This document shows, one piece after another, positions 57,067-64,000 of a stretch of DNA of 64,000 nt. A program made the position numbers and the translations under genes. The notes beneath the pieces are model-generated. The model was given only the letters and a program-made list of their open reading frames with translations, did not search any database and had not been told where the DNA came from. The DNA is taken from the NCBI RefSeq assembly GCF_002105155.1, contig NW_019028994.1:124001-188000 (forward strand). Reading direction: 5' to 3'. Positions within the stretch are counted from its first letter, which is position 1. Every line of letters begins with the position of its first letter. The DNA is from Lobosporangium transversale. Its lineage: Eukaryota.

Positions 57067-58813
57067 ATGTTGCGATTGAATTCCCTCATTACCCTGGCGC
57101 TTGTGTGCCTTCAAGCCGCCAACTTGCACCAGATTATTGCCAGGCCTGTCACTAGTGCTGTCAGCAACCGCATTGTGGCTATTGGTGATCTCCATAGTGA
57201 TTATCCTCAGACATTGAATGCTCTTCGTCTAGCTAACCTCATTGACAGCAGCAACAACTGGTCTGGAGGATCAGACACCTTGGTCCAAATAGTAAGTGAT
57301 CTTGGCTTTTGTCAATAGATTGGTCCAAGACTGTAATACTGAGGTGCAACTTCTATAATGTTTTTCTAATCCTCAATATGCCATTATTGATATCACTACT
57401 CATTTCCTCAGGGCGACTTAGTTGATCGGGGCTCAGGCACAATCCCAATCTACCAACTGTTTCAGAAGCTCCGCCAGCAAGCCAAGGATGCCGGCGGTGA
57501 GGTAACCCAGTTTAATCTAATTGCAATTATCCTTTGTTTACTCTCGTACGCGCGCTTTGTTCGCGATGGCTCTAATACACTAGGCTTGTACCTGAAGACA
57601 TCCAAACAATATTTGTTTACTAACCATTTGTTCCATCATGGTAAAATACGCGATCTGATAGGTTGTCAATCTCTACGGAAAGTATGTGCAGGTGCTCTGA
57701 CGCGCGACTTGATTTGCTGCTCTTATATTGACTCGAGTTCACACGAAGAGCAATTTGCTCTTAGTGGCTCCTTACTAAATTTTGTGTCCCAATCTTTTCC
57801 TTGTTTTCTTCCCTTGACTAACATGCATGACAAATCGACGTCCAATCCAATGATGTTGCTTTAGCCACGAGCTCATGAACATTGCTGGGGACTGGCGCTA
57901 CGTTACCCAAGAGGACATTGATTCGTTCGGAGGATCGGCCAAAAGAAAGGCAGCTTGGGACATCCGTACAGGCTGGCTTGGCCAGTTCGTCTTTAACAGC
58001 TTCAATATCTCCCACATCCAGCACGGGCACACTCTTTTCAGCCATGCTGACATGCATCCTGACTGGGCCCGTCTTGGTGTCGACACCCTGAATCAACAGG
58101 CCCATGACGCTTTGTCGAAGGGTAAATATGACGCACCCATCTTCAAGACAAACGGTAAGCTGAACTTTCATATTTGTAGATACAATTCAAGTTTGGTTTA
58201 TTCACTTTCGCATAGTGCAACCAAATATGCCTCTCTATTCAAGTATCTATAACAACCGTCCATTCACGTTTGCCGCTTGTTTCCTTGTTTCATGACATGT
58301 AGGTCCTATTTGGAACCGTGAACTCGCTAAGCAAGAGGATGGCGCAGCTGCTACTTGCGAAACCATTGAGAGTATCAAGAAGACCCTAGGTGTAAGTGAC
58401 CTCAAACCTACTTCTTACACCAATTGTATCACTTCTTCGAAGTGATACTAGCGATTGATCATACTAAGTTGACGGATGGATGTGCCATTAATGCATGGGT
58501 AAAATTGTATATTTTTAGGTTAACCGTCTCGTCTCTGGACACACTGTCCAAAAGACTGGCAAGATTCTCTCCCTTTGCAAGGGCTCTTACTTTGTGATTG
58601 ATGTCGGCATCTCCAACTACTATGGTAAAGCTACATTTGAATAATTATCCATTAAATCGCCTATAAATGCTGTGCCATGGCCTGACTAGATCCTTTGTCC
58701 ATCTTATACTATTAGACGGAAACCTGGCTGCATTGGAGATCCTTGAGCATAGCGATGGTACCCAGACTGTGAATGCTCTCTACCCTGATGGCAAGCGCCA
58801 GCTCTCTAGCTAG
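57067..58813 (+). CDS. Secretory-pathway calcineurin-like metallophosphoesterase (Shewanella-like phosphatase type)
   Basis: Signal peptide; motifs IGDLHSD, GDLVDRG, GN|HE (via 20-nt exon 57662-57681), SHA, GPIWNR, VSGHT, VIDVGIS; 7 exons. Confidence 0.85.
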
Positions 58814-59289
58814 AGCTTTTAGTAACTAAAGCATTGCTTATCTGTTACTTTACAAGGACGAGATATTGTAATTAGGATACGAGCGTCCCATGCTTGTTAA
58901 ATGGTTGTTAAATAGATTGAATATATATATGTAACAAACAAGAGTTGAAAAAATAAAAAATGCTTTCCGAGGATGGCCATGCCAAGAAAGAGTTACCTGG
59001 GGAAATAAATAAATAAATAAAAAAAAAAATCAAGCTTTTTTACTGTCTATTATATACCTTGTTCATGAGGACTTTATGAAATAATATTGCAAAATTACAT
59101 CCGCTGAACACGTTGTATTTGAATTGGTAATCTTTGATCAATCTACTTGGTACTGTTGTTGTTGTCAACAGTATCCTTCTCTCTAAATCATTGCCTCTAA
59201 AGTCGTTTCTACTTTCTCTTGATGATAAATGTCTCGAGAGAGTCTTGAGTGGGGTCGCTTAGATGGCCCATGTATGATCAAAGGAAGGA

Positions 59290-59771
59290 TTACTCGTCTA
59301 TAGTACCTCATTGCTCCAACAACTTCCTGTTGGCTTCGCTCAATCCCGTTATGCCTTGAATACACATGTTGCGAGCATTAAGAGCCGTTTGTCTGGCGCT
59401 CCACTTCAGGCGGTACTCATCAAGATCGTCATCGCATTGGCTGCTCTATCCGCCACTTGCTGCTGTCCTTCGAGAGTTCTACAAATGTATGTATGCAGCT
59501 GCTGTTTGAATATCGGCCCAAGGTGAACACGATCCTCTAGGAACTGAATGATTGATGGTTCATCTACAAAGTTTCTCCATACTAGAGATACTAGAGGTGA
59601 TGCCTCATCAACCTTGATTGGGTCGACCTCCCTCCCGCTTTCCTTAATATCTATGGCTCCGAAGCTATACACTGAACTTGCGCAATTTCGACAAGAAGTT
59701 AAGGTTGTCGTCTTTGCCACTTCATCCGTTGCTGAGTTGAAGCAAGTTTCCTTGTCCCTTATTTTCATCAT
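59290..59771 (-). pseudogene. Internally deleted NACHT/pentapeptide/WD40 (NLR-like) gene remnant
   Basis: SPL..RNFVDEPSIIQFLEDRV...FKQQL...AANAMTIL is joined out of frame at ~59421 to RLKWSARQTALNARNMCIQGITGLSEANRKLLEQ*GT, resembling the post-NACHT and extreme C-terminal motifs of this family. Confidence 0.65.
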
Positions 59772-59902
59772 AAAGAATGATACAAGCTGAAATTAACAAA
59801 TTCATAAAGGTTTGCTGCAGAGGCAAAGCATATCATCAAGAAAATGATTGAATTCTCACGCTATGCGGTATACAGATGAACGTTTATTTAATATTTATCA
59901 TT

Positions 59903-60998
59903 TCAAAGTTTGGATGGTGGAAATTCACAAACATCTGAATTGCATTCAGTCTGTCCTTTGGCAGCAGCAGCATCAGCACGCTCTTGCACCTGTGCCTCCT
60001 GAGCCTTTGCTCTTTGTACAGAAGCCTCAGTGAGATCCACTCCAGAAATATCGCTACAGACCTTCAAGATATCACCAATTGGTGCGATATTGCCAAGGAC
60101 GGTTTCTTCAAACTTGTAGGCAATACCTTCATCGCCTTTACGAACAATATAGAGTCCTCCAAAGATACGCCCTTCACCCACTAGCAGGTTTCCGCGCACG
60201 CCTGAACGCAAGTTACGAATAGCGTTGAACCATAGACTTGGACGGATCAATTGATCTAATGATGCCCATCGAAGCTGCCCGCCACTAGTTCAAAGGAAAA
60301 GAAAAAAAAAAAAAAAAAAAAGAAAAGGTTTGTATACAGAATACATGTAAGAGATTCCATTCAAACATTCGCCCAAAAGTTGTTCATTATGTTTTTGTTT
60401 TCTTTACCCAAGTGCTTTGTAAAATCCTTTAGATTCATCCCAATAGGTCTCGCCACCATTCCAATAATCCCTTTTGAAAGTTGTTGCTCCAAGCTTCTCA
60501 TGCAAAACCACGGCCATTCGGAAACCCTATTTTTTTTTTTGCAGTCATGATGAAGTTAAGAATGACGACATCGAGTTGATAGAACGAAAAAAAAAAAAAA
60601 AAGGAAACAGAATGCTTTTTTTTTTTTTTTTTTTTTTTTTTTTTCAACTCGTACCATTTGCTTCTCGATAATATTGCGATGCTCATCCAGGATGCGGACT
60701 TCTTCACGGCAGAAAGGGCAACCAGGACGACGGATAACTACGTGTAAATTATAAGTTTTTTATTTTTATTTTTTGTGTTAATGATTTTTTAGTAACTGGT
60801 TTAGTTTATTGTGGGAGTTGAGTGTGAGAGAAGATGAATGATAGCTGCCTTCTATTCCATACCAATGACTATAGCCGGCTTTTCTTTCCAAAGTTCATGC
60901 GCTTTGAATGTTGTTTCTCCGTTTTTGTCGATAAAGTCGGTCAGAACAACATCCTTGATGGCCTTGTATTGCTCGGGACTCACGTCTGTTGAAGCCAT
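59903..60998 (-). CDS. Peroxiredoxin-like 2 (AhpC/TSA-2, FAM213/SelU-type) protein with PTS1
   Basis: 4 exons: FKAHELWKEKPAIVI|VIRRPGCPFCREE..HEKLG..FYKALG|G..GEGRIFGGLYIV; ends in -SKL*. Confidence 0.85.
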
Positions 60999-61078
60999 GA
61001 TATATTATATATTAGTAAAAAAAAAAAAAAAAAAAAAAAGGATAAACCGAGGTTGTTGTGGGGTTGAAAGCGATATGT

Positions 61079-61109
<31 letters not shown>

Positions 61110-61865
61110 AGAGAGAGAATGAGAAAGAGAGAGAATGAGTTATGAGAGAGTAAAGAGAAAGAAAGAGAAAAGAAGAGAGAGGAAAGAGGAAAAAGATTGG
61201 TCAAAATAGGAAAATGATGATCATGACATGATGAAAGAAAAGATCAAAATGAGACCTTATTACAACCAGACAACAAAACTTTCGAGCGTTCATTAATCCC
61301 CATTAATCTTGGTTGTATCAGCGCAAAGGGGAAAAGTATTAACGCATGGACCGGAACAGCAATGCTCAACCGAAAAAACAATAAAAAAATAAAGTATAAC
61401 ATGATTGTCTTGTTGTGTCTTTTAATCTTTTACTTTCACGCGCCAATGATGCATGCATTAAGGCTTGATTGATCTTGTCCATTGAACAATCTGGACAACA
61501 GCAACAGCAACAACCACAATGACATGAGGTCTTTTTTTTTTTTTTTTTTTTTTTTTTTTCTGGCTTGAGCGTATTTTACGTAAGACATTTTAATGTGATG
61601 ATTTCCGGTCTGCATTCTCATAGGGGGCGCATGCTGTATTTGATTATGCGATCGAGATCTGCTTTTCTTTTGATCGAACTCTAATAACAGCATTTTTCAC
61701 TTCAGAACTACGAACGGACATGATTATTATTATAAAAGCGTCCTGAGCGATAACCAAGTGCAGTTTTATTTATATTTTGACGTTTTTTTTTTTTTTTTAT
61801 TGTTTAATTTTGCTTTGCTTGAATAAAAAAAAAAAAAAAAAAAAAAAAACAGAGTTGCTACACTG

Positions 61866-63101
61866 TTAATAATCCATGCCAGTTGCAAAGGAAGAGCCCA
61901 ACATGCCTTCTCTGTAAAGACCATATTCTTGGTTTTGAGCAGCTTGGTCTCCAAATGTCATGAGGCCCTGATTAAAAGCATCATCACCATACAAGCCCTG
62001 GAACTGATCTGGGCGGTAATAATAACAATCTTGACCATATTGATCAATGTCATTGGCAACACCCATATACATATCCATATCCATATTCATATCATAGACT
62101 GGTCTCTGACCATAATATGCAGCAGAGTCACTGCCATAGTCAAAGGGCTTATAAATCTCAGTCTCATCTACACATGGCTCGACTTCAATAATGAACGGCA
62201 ACGATTTGACGGTTGGTTGAAAGATCGTCAAGGGTTTCACCGCCACTGTGGGTCGGATATGAACAGAACTGCCCAAGTCAACACTGGACTGGGGTAAAGA
62301 CTGATCTTCTTGTGGCGTGGCTTCGATCGTCGTAGTCAATTGTTGCACTTTTGGTTGATAAGTCGTTTGGGGCAGAACTTGTGTCAGAGGTTGAATAAAA
62401 ACATTTGAGCCTAAATCCACATTCTGTTGAGGCAACATGCTTGATTCAGCGGGTGCAGCCTCAATGGCTGATTCTAACGCCTGGACATGGGGTTGATAAA
62501 CCGTTGAAGGGTTCACGTCCGTGGAGGGGACTGCAGAGACAAAGGAACCCATATCAACAGTGGATGGAGGCACAGTGGTACTGCAGCTTTCCACATCCAC
62601 ATCTCTGTTGATAGGAGGGAATTGACGACGCTTCAAGACATTGCCACGAGGAAGAGGGTCTGACTGAGAGGGGTTGTCAATGGTGCTAGCGCAGCCATAG
62701 AGGCTACCATTAAAAACGTCATCGTAGTCATCGTAGTCATCGTAGTCATCGTAGTCATCGTAGTCATCGTAGTCATCGTAGTCATCGTAGTCATCATAAA
62801 CATCGGCACCATGGTTGTCAAGCCCACACGTTGACTGCACAATGGGCGCAAAGGCCTGAACAATGGGTTGGTATCGATTAACAGGTGTCACATTGGTGAT
62901 AGGGACTGTGTTGACGGTCGACGCGAGCGAGACAGAACCCGAGTCAATATCTTGATTGCAAGTGGGCGCTAAATCAGGATCAGGGGCGTTTAAATCCATA
63001 CTACCCAGAGCAGATGGATCTTGAGGCACTGGCACTGTTTGTGCAGCAAGGACGAAAAGAGACAGAGCGAGAGTGATGCGAATAACACTTGCGAACGTCA
63101 T
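61866..63101 (-). CDS. Secreted 46-aa-repeat protein, paralog B (unknown family)
   Basis: Intronless. Signal MTFASVIRITLALSLFVLAAQT; same repeat as the 21029 gene (identical LPQQNVDLGSNVFIQP and DQSLPQSSV), (YDD)9 spacer and KRR site. Confidence 0.8.
   Translation of the reverse strand: MTFASVIRITLALSLFVLAAQTVPVPQDPSALGSMDLNAPDPDLAPTCNQDIDSGSVSLASTVNTVPITNVTPVNRYQPIVQAFAPIVQSTCGLDNHGADVYDDYDDYDDYDDYDDYDDYDDYDDYDDVFNGSLYGCASTIDNPSQSDPLPRGNVLKRRQFPPINRDVDVESCSTTVPPSTVDMGSFVSAVPSTDVNPSTVYQPHVQALESAIEAAPAESSMLPQQNVDLGSNVFIQPLTQVLPQTTYQPKVQQLTTTIEATPQEDQSLPQSSVDLGSSVHIRPTVAVKPLTIFQPTVKSLPFIIEVEPCVDETEIYKPFDYGSDSAAYYGQRPVYDMNMDMDMYMGVANDIDQYGQDCYYYRPDQFQGLYGDDAFNQGLMTFGDQAAQNQEYGLYREGMLGSSFATGMDY
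62718..62798. repeat. 9-bp tandem repeat (gtcatcgta) x9 encoding (YDD)9
   Basis: Near-perfect 9-mer array inside the paralog B ORF. Confidence 0.95.
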
Positions 63102-63668
63102 GATCAGGGGAAGTTGCACGTGTATCGGTATTGAGTTATCGATTGGAAAGTAGCGATGTCAAGCTTTAGAAAAAAAAAAAAAACTCTCTCTTTCCCATGG
63201 CATTTCTTTTATACAATCTCAGAATCCATGGTTGCAACCCTTTGAGACCGAGATCAATATACCCAAAGTCAATGTCAAGGAGGAGTGAAGTCAATTTCCG
63301 ACATCCAGGTCGATTTTTCATGATAAATTGGTTTGGGAGTCTATAGATCAACAATAAAAAAAAAAAAAAAAAACGCGTGGGATCTTTTGCGATACCAGAT
63401 TTGTATTGGACTGCATTACTTATGAAAAGAAACCAGGTCTTCGCCGATGATAAAAGATGGACTGATATTCACTGAGGGGGTTGGTTGTTTAGTTCTTTGA
63501 ACTGCCATGGGTTGTTGAAACCTGAGGGTTTAAGAAGCATATTTATCAGCATGACAAGGGCCAAAAATATAAGATATTTCACACGATTTAGGGGGGTGCA
63601 AGATCCGCTCCACCCCGATTGTTCTTTTTTTTTTTTTTTATTGAGATTATATTGCTGTTAAAAAGAGT

Positions 63669-64000
63669 TTACTCGTAGATCAACTTCTCCATAACACGGG
63701 TGTGAGAGATGACACCGTTGGGGAACCACAAGGCGATCTCCTTCTCAGCGTTCTCAACAGAGTCAGAGCCGTGGCACAAGTTGCGGCCGACATCAATGCA
63801 GAAGTCTATATGAGCGTAAAAATAAAATAAAATAAAAAATTAGCATATAAAAATTCTTTTAAATGCGCCAGATGATTTCTCTGAGACACTGGAAAGAGAC
63901 AAGTATATATAATATATATATACGTACCACCGCGGATAGTTCCGGGCAAAGAGGCCAAGGGGTTGGTCTCACCGAGGAGAACACGGCCAGACTTGACGAC
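63669..64000 (-). CDS. NDK1: Nucleoside diphosphate kinase (5'-partial)
   Basis: [52 protein letters not shown], containing the catalytic HGSD motif. Confidence 0.95.

Overview
Eukaryotic, intron-rich, AT-rich genomic DNA from an early-diverging fungus (gene content and the NACHT-WD40 remnant suggest Mucoromycota/Mortierellaceae; this is inference). The window holds about 20 protein-coding genes, mostly spliced: SEN54 (partial), a mitochondrial carrier, MCM7, head-to-head RPN6/RPN7, HSK3, an SR splicing factor, a bromodomain + atypical kinase fusion, a GPI-type Gly/Arg-rich protein, a Sec14/CRAL-TRIO protein, TRR1, MVP1, MutY, BPL1, MSP1, sphingolipid C9-methyltransferase, a metallophosphoesterase, a PRXL2/AhpC-TSA protein and NDK (partial). 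It also holds one tRNA-Leu(CAA), five short terminal-inverted-repeat (MITE-like) elements and two pseudogene regions. Most notable: (1) two paralogous intronless secreted proteins 40 kb apart, built from an unrecognised 46-aa repeat bracketed by cysteines, with Tyr-rich spacers and KR sites; (2) an intact but orphaned last exon of mitoribosomal bS6/MRP17 whose 5' exons I cannot find; (3) a 35-bp TIR-only insertion whose removal restores an ORF; (4) a probable AS-NMD intron in the SR gene at the SWQ|DxKD position; (5) three GC-AG introns. Gene models were spliced by eye and no database searches were run.
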